Source: Candidatus Saccharimonadota bacterium
GTDB lineage: Bacteria > Patescibacteriota > Saccharimonadia > Saccharimonadales > Saccharimonadaceae
Direction of reading: 5' to 3'
Assembly (NCBI GenBank): GCA_017406775.1
Contig: JAFQXV010000014.1
Span: 22,962-86,961 of the forward strand
DNA length: 64,000 nucleotides
Shown here: positions 41,791-51,353 of the stretch, piece by piece
Layout: each line of letters begins with the position of its first letter
How positions within the stretch are numbered: the first letter of the stretch is position 1
Program-made: the position numbers and the translations under genes
Notes under the pieces: model-generated
What the model saw: the letters and a program-made list of their open reading frames with translations, nothing else
What the model was told of the DNA's origin: nothing
Databases searched by the model: none

Positions 41791-44514
41791 ATGAGATTTT
41801 CGAGTAGTTATGAGCCGGGGGAGTACGAATCAGACATTTATGCTGCATGGGAAGCGTCTGGTATTTTTAATCCTAAAGTCCCCACTGTACCAATAGATAA
41901 TAATAGCGATGGCAGTGATGACAGAGTAAAAAAATCCAACCAAACATTTTCAATCGTTATGCCGCCACCAAATGCAAATGGTAATCTTCATATTGGCCAT
42001 GGACTTACTATCGCACTAGAAGACTCTCTTACTCGGTATTACCGACTTAAAGGCGATAGTACTTGGTATATTCCCGGAGCTGATCATGCTGGTTTCGAGA
42101 CCTGGGTAGTTTATGAGCGCGAGCTAGAAAAACAAGGCCATACTAGATTTGAATACTCAAGAGATGAACTATATGCTCGCGTTTGGGACTTTGTGGCTAA
42201 ACAGCGTGGTAATATGGAATTGCAATTACGTGCCCTTGGGGCGTCTTGTTCTTGGGATGATCTCACTTTTACTTTGGACGAAAATGTTATAGACCGTGTT
42301 TATACTACTTTTGAAAAAATGTGGAATGATGGACTAATCTATAGAGGTGAAAAGTTAGTTAATTATTGCCCCAAGCATCAAACTGCCTTTGCAGATATAG
42401 AAGTGGAACATCAAGATGAGAAAGGTACCCTTTGGGATATCGCCTACCAGTATGATGGTGGAGAGATTATAGTTTCCACCACTAGACCGGAAACGCTATT
42501 CGGGGATGCTGCCGTGGCTGTAAACCCAGAGGATAAACGTTATCAAAATTTACTAGGTCAAAAAGTTAAACTGCCACTAACTGATCGCGAAATTCCAATT
42601 ATTGCCGATGAACACGCTGATCCCGAATTTGGCACTGGAGCAGTTAAAATTACCCCAGCACACGATTTTGATGATTTTGAAGTAGGCGAGCGCCATAACC
42701 TTCCCCGCTTACAGGTAATTGCTGAAAACGGCACAATGGTAAACGTTCCAGAAGAATTTAATGGTCTAACTACTACAGAATGTCGCAAAAAAGTCCTTAA
42801 AACTCTAAAAGAGCAAAATCTATTAAGAGGTGAAAGGAAAATTGATCACGCTGTAGCGCATTGCTATAAATGTGGTACTACTATTGAGCCAATGCTTAAG
42901 GAACAATGGTTCATTGATGTAAAACAGTTAGCTAAGTTAGCGATAGACGCCATAGAACAAGATAAAATCAAATTCCATCCTGCCAACAAAAAGAACATTT
43001 TGATTAATTATTATAAAGGGCTTAAAGATTGGAATATTTCACGTCAAATTCCATGGGGTATTGCTATTCCAATGTTTCGCAAAGTTGATTTATCTGCCAC
43101 CGACGAACCAGATTGGATTTTTGATCGTCGTACTAATCTCCAGGAAATTGAAAAAGCTGGTGTTAAATACGTCCGCGATGAAGATACCTTTGATACATGG
43201 TTCTCTAGTTCGCACTGGCCAATAGTTTGTACGGATTGGGACGAAAATAACTTCAGTCCTTACTACCCATTAAATGTTATGGAGACTGGCGCTGATATTC
43301 TATTTGCCTGGGTTGCACGCATGATCATGATGGGGCTTTACGTTACCGGGGAGGTTCCGTTTAAAGAAGTATACCTACACGGCCTAGTTTTGGATGAACA
43401 TGGTAAGAAAATGAGTAAGAGCAAAGGCAACGTTATCAATCCTATGGATCTCGTCACTAAATATGGTTCAGATGCATTTCGTCTGGGTATTTTAAGGGGC
43501 CGTTCCGCTGGCATGAACCAAGCCTTTAGCGAAAACTCCGTCATCGCTGGCCGCAATCTCTGTAATAAACTCTGGAATATTTCTCGCCTCATTCAGTCGA
43601 TGACTGATGAAACTGATATTAATTTTGAAGTTTCAGAGACCGTGCCCCGCGAGGGTTACGACCCGAGCGAAATGAGCGAAGCTCATGACGATGGGTCTGA
43701 GCGAATGGGGTCAAAAAAACTTCAAAATAATATCAATTACACTTCTAATAATATGGGTGAAGACTGGATTTGTCGTGAAATTAACGAGTGTGTTTCTCAA
43801 GTAGAAAAAGACATGAAGGCTTATCGTTTTGCTGAAGCAGTAGAAGTTTTATATCAAACCATCTGGGACAAGTACGCAGATTGGTTCCTGGAAACTCAAA
43901 AGGTTTATAAAAATATCCCATTATTAAAAACCACTCTCGAAACGCTCCTAATCACACTTCATCCCTTTGCTCCATTTGTAACGGAAACCATCTGGCAAAA
44001 TCTCAGTTGGACGGAAGGTTTTATAGCTGCAGCTAAATGGCCCTCTAAGCTAAAATTTGACCCAATTTCGGCCGAAGAATTCGAAAGCATAAGAACAATC
44101 GTGTCTGAGGTTAGAGGCACCTTACAAGCCCTTCCAGGCACCAATAATGTAAAAAAATACGGGCTATTATACGACAATGATAGTATTGTGAATGAAAATA
44201 TGCTAATAATTAAAAATCTCACCAAAGTCCCAAGTATTAATTCGCTAAATGGCAATCCACGTGGCCTTAGAATTGCGTTAGCTAATCATGAAATCTATTT
44301 AGACGTATCAGAAGATATCGTCATGGAATACAAGGAAACTCTTACAGAAAAAATCCTCTCTGTCGGTAAAGAACTGGACGCGCTTAATGCTCGTCTAATG
44401 AATCCTAATTATGTGGATAGAGCCCCCGCTCACCTCGTTAAAGAAACCAGGGATGGCGTCAAAGAGAAAGAGTCCCTAATTAATCGCCTAAAACAACAAT
44501 TAGAGTTAATCTAA
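41791..44514 (+). CDS. valS: Valine--tRNA ligase with internal insertion
   Basis: PPPNANGNLHIGH, DWNISRQ, DTWFSS, KMSKS. Confidence 0.97.
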   Translation: MRFSSSYEPGEYESDIYAAWEASGIFNPKVPTVPIDNNSDGSDDRVKKSNQTFSIVMPPPNANGNLHIGHGLTIALEDSLTRYYRLKGDSTWYIPGADHAGFETWVVYERELEKQGHTRFEYSRDELYARVWDFVAKQRGNMELQLRALGASCSWDDLTFTLDENVIDRVYTTFEKMWNDGLIYRGEKLVNYCPKHQTAFADIEVEHQDEKGTLWDIAYQYDGGEIIVSTTRPETLFGDAAVAVNPEDKRYQNLLGQKVKLPLTDREIPIIADEHADPEFGTGAVKITPAHDFDDFEVGERHNLPRLQVIAENGTMVNVPEEFNGLTTTECRKKVLKTLKEQNLLRGERKIDHAVAHCYKCGTTIEPMLKEQWFIDVKQLAKLAIDAIEQDKIKFHPANKKNILINYYKGLKDWNISRQIPWGIAIPMFRKVDLSATDEPDWIFDRRTNLQEIEKAGVKYVRDEDTFDTWFSSSHWPIVCTDWDENNFSPYYPLNVMETGADILFAWVARMIMMGLYVTGEVPFKEVYLHGLVLDEHGKKMSKSKGNVINPMDLVTKYGSDAFRLGILRGRSAGMNQAFSENSVIAGRNLCNKLWNISRLIQSMTDETDINFEVSETVPREGYDPSEMSEAHDDGSERMGSKKLQNNINYTSNNMGEDWICREINECVSQVEKDMKAYRFAEAVEVLYQTIWDKYADWFLETQKVYKNIPLLKTTLETLLITLHPFAPFVTETIWQNLSWTEGFIAAAKWPSKLKFDPISAEEFESIRTIVSEVRGTLQALPGTNNVKKYGLLYDNDSIVNENMLIIKNLTKVPSINSLNGNPRGLRIALANHEIYLDVSEDIVMEYKETLTEKILSVGKELDALNARLMNPNYVDRAPAHLVKETRDGVKEKESLINRLKQQLELI
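43614..43735 (+). repeat. In-frame palindromic insertion in valS
   Basis: TGATATTAATTTTGAAGTTT / AAACTTCAAAATAATATCA terminal IR; internal GGGT-TACG-ACCC and ATGAGC-GAA-GCTCAT hairpins. Confidence 0.85.
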
Positions 44515-44522
44515 ATCAAATG

Positions 44523-44818
44523 TCAACCATTGCTCAGACTTGTTAGTACTGTATATCTTTGCTGTTTTTGGTGCATATTCGTTAACCGCCTTATTGAGTT
44601 TTTGGTCATAAAGGTAATATTCCTCTTCTTCATGTTCCCTGCTATGTGCGTAGTATCTATTACGAGCGAGCCTTTCTCGCCAATCATCACCATAGCAGCT
44701 GGTTTAAAACCAATCAATACCTCAAGAATCGAAGAAATTATACTAGTAGCTTTATTGGGGGTACTAGCAAAATCTCAAATAGTAGATCTTCTAGCTGTAA
44801 AAATAAATGATTATTCAT
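44523..44818 (-). pseudogene. Possible frameshifted gene remnant
   Basis: ATG 44818 gives only 26 codons; a second frame continues to 44523; no recognisable family. Confidence 0.3.
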
Positions 44819-45029
44819 GCTCTTTCTTTCTATCGTAATTATTAAGATTAAATAAAGGCCTATTTTCCCCATCAATAATTTTCTGTGCCCGCCGAATTAA
44901 TTTTTCCAATGCGTTAGTCGAGGAAGCCGATCCAATGTGAATAGTTTTTACTACTCTTCCCTGTTCTTTATAACAGACCTGGACTCCAGTTGCTCCAGAA
45001 GTCGTTTTAAACCGTCTAATATAAGCCAT
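44811..45029 (-). mobile_element. Stand-alone IS1634-like transposase N-terminal fragment (72 aa)
   Basis: MAYIRRFKTTSGATGVQV..IHIGSA resembles IS1634-family N-termini; no DDE domain. Confidence 0.55.
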
Positions 45030-45157
45030 ATCTTAATTGTAGCATACTGGAGCCGAAGAAATTTACACAACAATTCCCCCACTTTTTTCCACCAAAGCAT
45101 AAGCAAAAATGATGATAATTCCCTATTAATTAGCATCCGCAACCGCTGGCAACCTGC

Positions 45158-45410
45158 TTGACAAACCAAACTGCTCGCGCTAAAATTAGGTCAACAACTG
45201 AGCGAGTGGGCGAAGTTGGGAGACGTTTTAGCAACCGTGAACTTAGGGTAGATCTGATAGCGCCGTAGCTAAAACAAATATTAGCCAACGACAGGGAAGC
45301 AATCCTGACGAATAATGTTTATGTATAAAATATTGTACATAAGTAGTCAATGGCTAAATAATCATAATTATTATAAATCAACCTAAAACACGTGTCTAAC
45401 AGGGGACGTG
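45158..45410 (+). ncRNA. Candidate structured non-coding RNA with sigma70 promoter
   Basis: TTGACA 45158, 17-nt spacer, TAAAAT 45181; stems GTTTTAGC/GCTAAAAC, GTTGG/CCAAC, CAGG/CCTG, TTATGTA/TACATAA; no ORF. Confidence 0.4.
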
Positions 45411-45435
45411 AGTATTTACGTGGTATAATATTGAC

Positions 45436-46383
45436 ATGGAAATTCCGATTACGCAGAGTAAAGAATGGGCAAACTTACAATCTGAACTTGGTGAAAAATA
45501 TTTTTTTGAAGTAGGGAACAACTACCAATTCTTAGCTATCTTAAAAAATACACCTCTGGGTAAATATCTTTATTTGCCATATGGACCGTTTATTGAGCCT
45601 GGTAAAAATCCACAAAAAATCATCATAGCTCGCGTTATGCGTAAAATTCGTAAAATTGCCAACAATAACAAGGTTTTTTTTATTCGTATTGAGCCTCAAA
45701 TCTCTGATTTTACCAAAAATCTTCCTTATAAGATGAAGAAATCTACCGATCTCAACCCTAAAGAGACTTGGATTTTAGATTTAGCCGGTAATGATGATGA
45801 ATTAAAATCTAAGCTCCCATCAAGACTCTGTCGTTACCATAAAAATGCCGAAAAGAATGGTCTTACGATAGAAATTTCACACAATCCAGACGATATAGAT
45901 TATTTAATTAATCTCCAGAAAGCCCTTGCAAATAAAAAAGGCATTAATACTTTTTCAAAAGAATATCTTAAAACGGAGTTATCCCAACCTTTCGCATCGC
46001 TATATTTAGTTAAATACCAACCACCGGAACAAAATATCTCAGAAGTAGTTGCAGCAGGTTTAGTATTTGATTATTCTAAAACAAGGTATAATCTTCAGGG
46101 TGCTCAATCTGAGCAGGGAAGAAAACTACACGCTACCGGAATTCTAACTATTCAACTTATCAAAGATGCCAAAGCTAAAAATCTTAAATATTTTGATTTT
46201 TGGGGTATTGCCCCAGATGATGCGTCGGACAATCACCCATGGAAAGGTTTTACTAACTTCAAAAAAACATTTGCAGGCCGCGAAGTTAAATATCACGGCA
46301 CCACAGATATTATTTTGAAACCATTAAAATACAATGTTTATCGCGTCATCAGGAATATCAATAGATTACTAAGGAGAGTATAA
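45436..46383 (+). CDS. FemAB/MurM-family aminoacyl transferase
   Basis: ITQSKEW, YLPYGP, FIRIEP, YFDFWGI, GFTNFKKTF. Confidence 0.9.
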   Translation: MEIPITQSKEWANLQSELGEKYFFEVGNNYQFLAILKNTPLGKYLYLPYGPFIEPGKNPQKIIIARVMRKIRKIANNNKVFFIRIEPQISDFTKNLPYKMKKSTDLNPKETWILDLAGNDDELKSKLPSRLCRYHKNAEKNGLTIEISHNPDDIDYLINLQKALANKKGINTFSKEYLKTELSQPFASLYLVKYQPPEQNISEVVAAGLVFDYSKTRYNLQGAQSEQGRKLHATGILTIQLIKDAKAKNLKYFDFWGIAPDDASDNHPWKGFTNFKKTFAGREVKYHGTTDIILKPLKYNVYRVIRNINRLLRRV

Positions 46384-47445
46384 ATGAAGTTTATTCATCT
46401 AAACGCAACCGAATACTCTAAATTTGCCGATAAAAGCCCCTATAAATCGTTTCTCCAGACTGCAGAAATCGCCAAATTAAGAGAAGAGAATGGTTGGGTA
46501 GCATATTATTTTGGGGTAGAAAAAGACAACAAGATAATCGCTGCAGCTATGGTGGTAGCTAAACCCACTTTTCTTGGTAAATCCACCTATTATATTCCAG
46601 GTGGACCACTCTTAGATTACGAGGATACGGCCGTAGTAAACTTTTTCTTTAAAAATCTCAAAAATTATGCTAAATCTCACAATGGCTATTTACTTCATAT
46701 CGAACCATATTACGAATTAATTGAACGCGATCGTGATGGCAAGAAAAAACCAGATGGCTTCAATCATCAAAAGGCTCTCGGTAACCTAAAAAAACTTGGT
46801 TTTCTACCTACGCATTCAGATAATCCAAAATATCTATTTGTTTTAAATATCAAAAATAAAAAAGAAGACGAACTATTTGCTAGCTTTAAACAAAATACCC
46901 GTAACCTTATTAGTCGCGCTACTAGAAAGGGGGTTGTAGTTCGTGAGATTGGCAGGGAAGAGCTGAATAGTTTTAAGCAAATTACCGCATCAACCTCAGA
47001 GCGTCGTCACTTTAGTGATAAATCTTTAGATTATTACGAAACGATGTATGATTTATTTGCAAAAAAAGACGAAGTTAAATTTATCATTGCAGAAATAAAC
47101 GACAAAAAGCCAATCCCAGTAGCCGCCGCCATGTTTATGACTTACGGCGATGAAGTTATCTATCTATTTTCTGGTAGCGATGAAAAATATATGAAAGAAT
47201 ACAATGCCCAATATGCTATTCAATGGTATATGATTAAATATGCCATCAAAAATAACTTCAAACGCTATAATTTCTATGGCATTCAAGGCCTCCCAGATCC
47301 AAATAAACCAGGTTACGGTATCTATAAATTTAAAAAAGGCTTTGGTGGTCACGTGGTAGAACTAATCGGCGCTTATGAATTGCCATTAAATAGATTTTTT
47401 TATAATACTCACAAAATTTTATCAAAAATAAAGCATCTAAAATGA
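46384..47445 (+). CDS. FemAB/MurM-family aminoacyl transferase
   Basis: FLQT, YIPGGPLLDY, FKQNTRNLI, YNFYGI, GIYKFKKGF. Confidence 0.92.
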   Translation: MKFIHLNATEYSKFADKSPYKSFLQTAEIAKLREENGWVAYYFGVEKDNKIIAAAMVVAKPTFLGKSTYYIPGGPLLDYEDTAVVNFFFKNLKNYAKSHNGYLLHIEPYYELIERDRDGKKKPDGFNHQKALGNLKKLGFLPTHSDNPKYLFVLNIKNKKEDELFASFKQNTRNLISRATRKGVVVREIGREELNSFKQITASTSERRHFSDKSLDYYETMYDLFAKKDEVKFIIAEINDKKPIPVAAAMFMTYGDEVIYLFSGSDEKYMKEYNAQYAIQWYMIKYAIKNNFKRYNFYGIQGLPDPNKPGYGIYKFKKGFGGHVVELIGAYELPLNRFFYNTHKILSKIKHLK

Positions 47446-49835
47446 ATTTATCAGGTCTCACATCTAAACAAGTTAAAGTAAAAAAAGAACAGGGAAGAAT
47501 TAACCGTGTTCCAGGTAAAAACACCAATTCAATTGGCAAAATAATACTAAAAAACACCTTAACCATTTTTAATTTAGTTAATATCATCCTAGCCATATTG
47601 ATCATTTCTGTTGGTGCCTATAAAAACCTCCTCTTTGTTCTAATTGCTATAGCAAACACCCTAATTAGTATAATTAACGAAATTCGTGCCAAGAAAACCG
47701 TCGATAAAATGCGTCTAATTGCCGAAAAACAACCTACGGTGATTAGAGAAGGTAAAAACATCCAGATTAAACAATCCGAAATCGTAGACGGCGACCTCAT
47801 AGTCTATGGTTTTGGGGATCAGGTTGTGGTGGATGCGCAAATTGAACAGGGAAGCGTAGAAGTTAATGAGTCTTTTATCACTGGTGAGCAAGACAATGTC
47901 CTTAAAAAACCAGGCGATAAATTGATTTCCGGTAGTTTTATAGTTTCAGGAACATGTAAAGCTACTGTTACCGCTGTTGGGGCCGAAAACTTCATCAATA
48001 AGCTAGAATCGAGCGCGCATACCATAAAAACCGCAGATTCTAAACTTTTTACTATTATGAATAACATCGTCAAATATATTTCAATTATACTTATTCCAAT
48101 TGGCGTTCTTCTGCTTTGGGCACGTTTTCGTGTACCAGACACTACTCCTGAAGTTGCAGTCACTAGTACAGTCGCTTCACTTATCAATATGATTCCAGAG
48201 GGTCTAATCCTCCTCACCTCATCCGTTCTCGCACTAGCCACTATTCGTCTTTCACGTCAAAAAGTTTTAGTCCAAGATCTTTACTCAATTGAAACTCTAG
48301 CCCGTATAGACTGCATAGCACTAGATAAAACTGGTACGCTTACCACCGGCAGAATGACCGTAAAAGATATAATTCCAGCAGAAGGCCACACAAAAAATGC
48401 CCTAGAAAAAGCACTCAAGCTTATTTTAAGCGCAACAGCTACCGATAACGCTACAAGTACCGCCTTAAAAGAAAAACTGCTTAAAAAGGCAAAATTTAAG
48501 CCCACGGAGCAAATCATAGAATTTATTCCATTTTCATCCGATCGAAAATATTCCGGTGTTCGTACCAAAGATGCTACTTACCTTATGGGGGCTCCCGAAA
48601 TTATTGCTGGTAATACACCAGATTTTCCAGGCACTTTCCGCATCCTCGCGGTAGTGAAAGACGAACACCAAAAAGGTGGTTTAGAGGAATCTGTCGGAGG
48701 TTACGACCGAGACAGAAGGAGCGCGTCCCCCGTAACGACGGGCGAGCGCGACTCCGTGTCCGATAAACCACCTTTTGATGTTTTAGGTTATATTCTCCTC
48801 GAAGACGAACTTCGAAAGGATGCCGAAGAAATTATAAATTATTTTTACAAAAACGATGTTGATATTAAAATTATCTCTGGCGACAATTTAAAAACAGTAG
48901 AAACCATTGCTAAAAATACTGGCATTAAAAACATCTCCGGTATCGATCTTTCCACTATAAAAGGCGATATTAATTATGAAAAATTAGTCAAAAATTATAA
49001 TATTTTTACTCGTGTTAAGCCCGCCCAGAAGAAATCATTGATTCTAACCCTTAAAAAGCTAGGTAAGACCGTTGCTATGACCGGTGACGGCGTTAATGAT
49101 ATTCTGGCTATGAAAGAAGCTGATTGCTCTATCGCAATCGGAGAGGGCTCCGATGCTGCTAGGCGTTCCGCTAAACTTGTTCTTTTAAGTAATGATTTTG
49201 CTGGCGTACCCAAAATAATCGCTGAGGGTCGTCAAACCATCAATAATCTAGAGCGTTCTACTACTTTGTTTATCGCTAAAACTGTTTACGCCTCCATTTT
49301 GGCAGTAGTTTTTATCTTCTTACCATTCAGGTCTCCATTTGCTTCACCCGTAGAAATGTCGCTTCTCAATTTTGCCTGCATTGGCTTTCCGGGCCTTATA
49401 CTCGCCCTAGAACACAATACTAGCCGCATTAAAAATCTCTTTGTTAAAAACATCCTGCAATACTCTGTTCCGGTCGGTCTTACTATCTCTATAGCAATGA
49501 TCGTTTTGTCTTGTCTTACCCATAATAATTTTTTCCCAGTACACGAATTGTCCACCATTGCCATTTTTGTTACCTTTATCGTTGATTTAGCCTTGATTTA
49601 TCGTATCTCTAGACCGCTTACTCCGCTCCGTAGTGCACTCCTGATTACTATTATCGGTATTATAGTCGCCGCTTTTGTTATTCCATTTTTACATGATTTC
49701 TTTGATTTTATTTATCTTGGCCGCAATGGGATTATTATCCTTGCAGTCACAGCTGTCCTGTCACTAGTAATTTTTGAAGTCATCCATCATTTAGTTCGCT
49801 ATTTCTCGTTACGTTTTGATAAAAAATCTTACTAA
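47442..49835 (+). CDS. P-type cation-transporting ATPase with internal insertion
   Basis: ESFITGE, IPEGL, DKTGTLT, ISGDN, MTGDGVND. Confidence 0.96.
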   Translation: MNLSGLTSKQVKVKKEQGRINRVPGKNTNSIGKIILKNTLTIFNLVNIILAILIISVGAYKNLLFVLIAIANTLISIINEIRAKKTVDKMRLIAEKQPTVIREGKNIQIKQSEIVDGDLIVYGFGDQVVVDAQIEQGSVEVNESFITGEQDNVLKKPGDKLISGSFIVSGTCKATVTAVGAENFINKLESSAHTIKTADSKLFTIMNNIVKYISIILIPIGVLLLWARFRVPDTTPEVAVTSTVASLINMIPEGLILLTSSVLALATIRLSRQKVLVQDLYSIETLARIDCIALDKTGTLTTGRMTVKDIIPAEGHTKNALEKALKLILSATATDNATSTALKEKLLKKAKFKPTEQIIEFIPFSSDRKYSGVRTKDATYLMGAPEIIAGNTPDFPGTFRILAVVKDEHQKGGLEESVGGYDRDRRSASPVTTGERDSVSDKPPFDVLGYILLEDELRKDAEEIINYFYKNDVDIKIISGDNLKTVETIAKNTGIKNISGIDLSTIKGDINYEKLVKNYNIFTRVKPAQKKSLILTLKKLGKTVAMTGDGVNDILAMKEADCSIAIGEGSDAARRSAKLVLLSNDFAGVPKIIAEGRQTINNLERSTTLFIAKTVYASILAVVFIFLPFRSPFASPVEMSLLNFACIGFPGLILALEHNTSRIKNLFVKNILQYSVPVGLTISIAMIVLSCLTHNNFFPVHELSTIAIFVTFIVDLALIYRISRPLTPLRSALLITIIGIIVAAFVIPFLHDFFDFIYLGRNGIIILAVTAVLSLVIFEVIHHLVRYFSLRFDKKSY
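48671..48776 (+). repeat. In-frame palindromic insertion (family A) in P-type ATPase
   Basis: Perfect 13-bp IR AAAAGGTGGTTTA / TAAACCACCTTTT; arms TCTGTC..GGT-TACG-ACC..GACAGA and CCCGT-AACG-ACGGG. Confidence 0.9.
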
Positions 49836-50063
49836 TAATCCATTTATGTTAAATAAAAATATGGAAAATAACAACTTCGAAAAACAATTCAAGCGCAGTA
49901 TAGATAATGCTACTCTCGATTCAAATATCTATAAACCAGCGAAGAAGATACTTCACTTGAAAATAACACCAATGATGAAAAGTTTTTTATTATAACTACG
50001 CCTCAATAGCTGATGACCTCACTATTTATAATTGTGGGGAAGATACTGAGGAATAATTTAATT

Positions 50064-51353
50064 CTATTCTTCGATTGATATTCTGGGATAAATATTTAAG
50101 CTATAGGGGTCAACTGGCTTAACTCCAGTTTGTATCTCAAAATAACAAGCTGCTGCTACCATTGCTCCATTATCACCAGAAAGAGAAGTAGCGGGGAAAA
50201 ATACAGGGACATTCGGGGATGTTTCATTTTGTGCCATAAGTTTCGGCGAGCGCCCCTGAGCGTGTTCCGTATTAAATATTTCGAGTATTTGATTCCTGAG
50301 TTCTTGATTCGCACTCACCCCTCCAGCAATTACGATCGATTGTGTTTCGGGATATTCTTCTAGCGCCATCTCCAATTTTTCACATAAAATATCTACCGCA
50401 GTTTTCTGGAACGATGCTGCAAAATCACACACCTGTTGCGGAGTTAATAAGTCTTTTAATTTATGAGATGGATAAGAGATCGGCACTTTGGCCTCTTTTT
50501 GTACAGCCCTCAGTACTGCAGTTTTTAATCCGGAAAACGAAAAATCCAACCCCTCAACCTTTGGATGTGGCAACCTGTATTTATTGAGATCGCCCGGCCG
50601 AAGGTTAGTGTGTTCTTTGAGGACCATAAGCTTGACCGAACGGCCTTGAGTGTGTCCGAGAAGAACACACTGACCTTCGGCTGCCATACTAATACTAGGT
50701 CCTCCAGGATAAGGTAGCCCTAAAATTTTTGCCACCTTATCAAAACACTCTCCCACCGCATCATCATGAGTAGTGCCTATAATCTCAAACTGATTATGAC
50801 CACGCATATATAAAATTTGTGTATGTCCCCCTGATATTACTAAAGCCAACAAGGGGAATTGCGGGTGTTTAAGAATAGTGCTTTGAGGGGGCTCTTGGAG
50901 GCTACTGCCGAGAGCGTAGGACGCCGAGCCTCGTGAGGACGGGCGTGAGGACGTCCGGTCCCAAGAAACACTATTCCGAGCATCTGTGCTTAACCAGTTT
51001 GCATACACATGTGATTTCAGATGATGTACGGCGTATAAAGGCTTATTGTGTAGTATTGCTAAAGTTCTTGCCGTTAATGTCCCAATCAAAAGAGAACCGA
51101 GCAGCCCCGGTGCATGAGTTACCGCAATGGCATCTATATCATCCCAATTACATGACGCATTGGCAAGGGCCTTATTAATAACCGGCATAATCGCTTCAAG
51201 ATGCGATCTTGCGGCTACTTCGGGAATTACACCACCATACTCAGCAAAAATATCAATTTGACTCACAACCACATTAGAGAGGATAGAAACCCCATCTTCT
51301 ACTACGGCTGCTGCTGTCTCGTCGCAACTGGTCTCAATTCCCAAAATTTTCAT
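50064..51353 (-). CDS. tsaD: t6A synthesis protein TsaD with three internal insertions (429 aa)
   Basis: ILGIETSCDET, EVAARSH, HHLKSH, VISGGHT, DDAVGECFDKVA, FSFSGLKT, AGGVSAN, DNGAMV; start at ATG 51353. Confidence 0.96.
   Translation of the reverse strand: MKILGIETSCDETAAAVVEDGVSILSNVVVSQIDIFAEYGGVIPEVAARSHLEAIMPVINKALANASCNWDDIDAIAVTHAPGLLGSLLIGTLTARTLAILHNKPLYAVHHLKSHVYANWLSTDARNSVSWDRTSSRPSSRGSASYALGSSLQEPPQSTILKHPQFPLLALVISGGHTQILYMRGHNQFEIIGTTHDDAVGECFDKVAKILGLPYPGGPSISMAAEGQCVLLGHTQGRSVKLMVLKEHTNLRPGDLNKYRLPHPKVEGLDFSFSGLKTAVLRAVQKEAKVPISYPSHKLKDLLTPQQVCDFAASFQKTAVDILCEKLEMALEEYPETQSIVIAGGVSANQELRNQILEIFNTEHAQGRSPKLMAQNETSPNVPVFFPATSLSGDNGAMVAAACYFEIQTGVKPVDPYSLNIYPRISIEE
50211..50286 (+). 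repeat. Decayed palindromic insertion (family B) in tsaD
   Basis: Core CCATAAGTTTCGGCGAGCGCCCCTGAGCGTGTTCC aligns with the copy inside 50595-50683; degenerate flanking IR; ends approximate. Confidence 0.7.
50595..50683 (+). repeat. Palindromic insertion (family B) in tsaD
   Basis: GCCGAAGGTTAGTGTGTTCTT / AAGAACACACTGACCTTCGGC (20/21); core CCATAAGCTTGACCGAACGGCCTTGAGTGTGTCC. Confidence 0.88.
50864..50984 (+). repeat. Palindromic insertion (family A) in tsaD, antisense to the ORF
   Basis: GAATAGTG / CACTATTC stem with G-T extension; core GGAGGCTACTGCCGAG and CTCGT-GAGG-ACGGG. Confidence 0.8.

Noticed and set aside
43603-43640. Hammerhead ribozyme (CTGATGA)
   Set aside because: No properly placed stem II-GAAA core follows
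45225-45275. tracrRNA or Cas9 repeat (GTTTTAG)
   Set aside because: Only a 7-nt resemblance; no array and no cas9/iscB nearby
49861-49995. 44-codon ORF MENNNFEKQF..
   Set aside because: Very AT-rich, no promoter or SD, no recognisable family; possibly a remnant but unsupported
50211-50984. Inteins or group I/II introns in tsaD and the other interrupted genes
   Set aside because: Inserts are far too short, lack Cys/Ser..His-Asn intein ends and intron core motifs, and read through in frame
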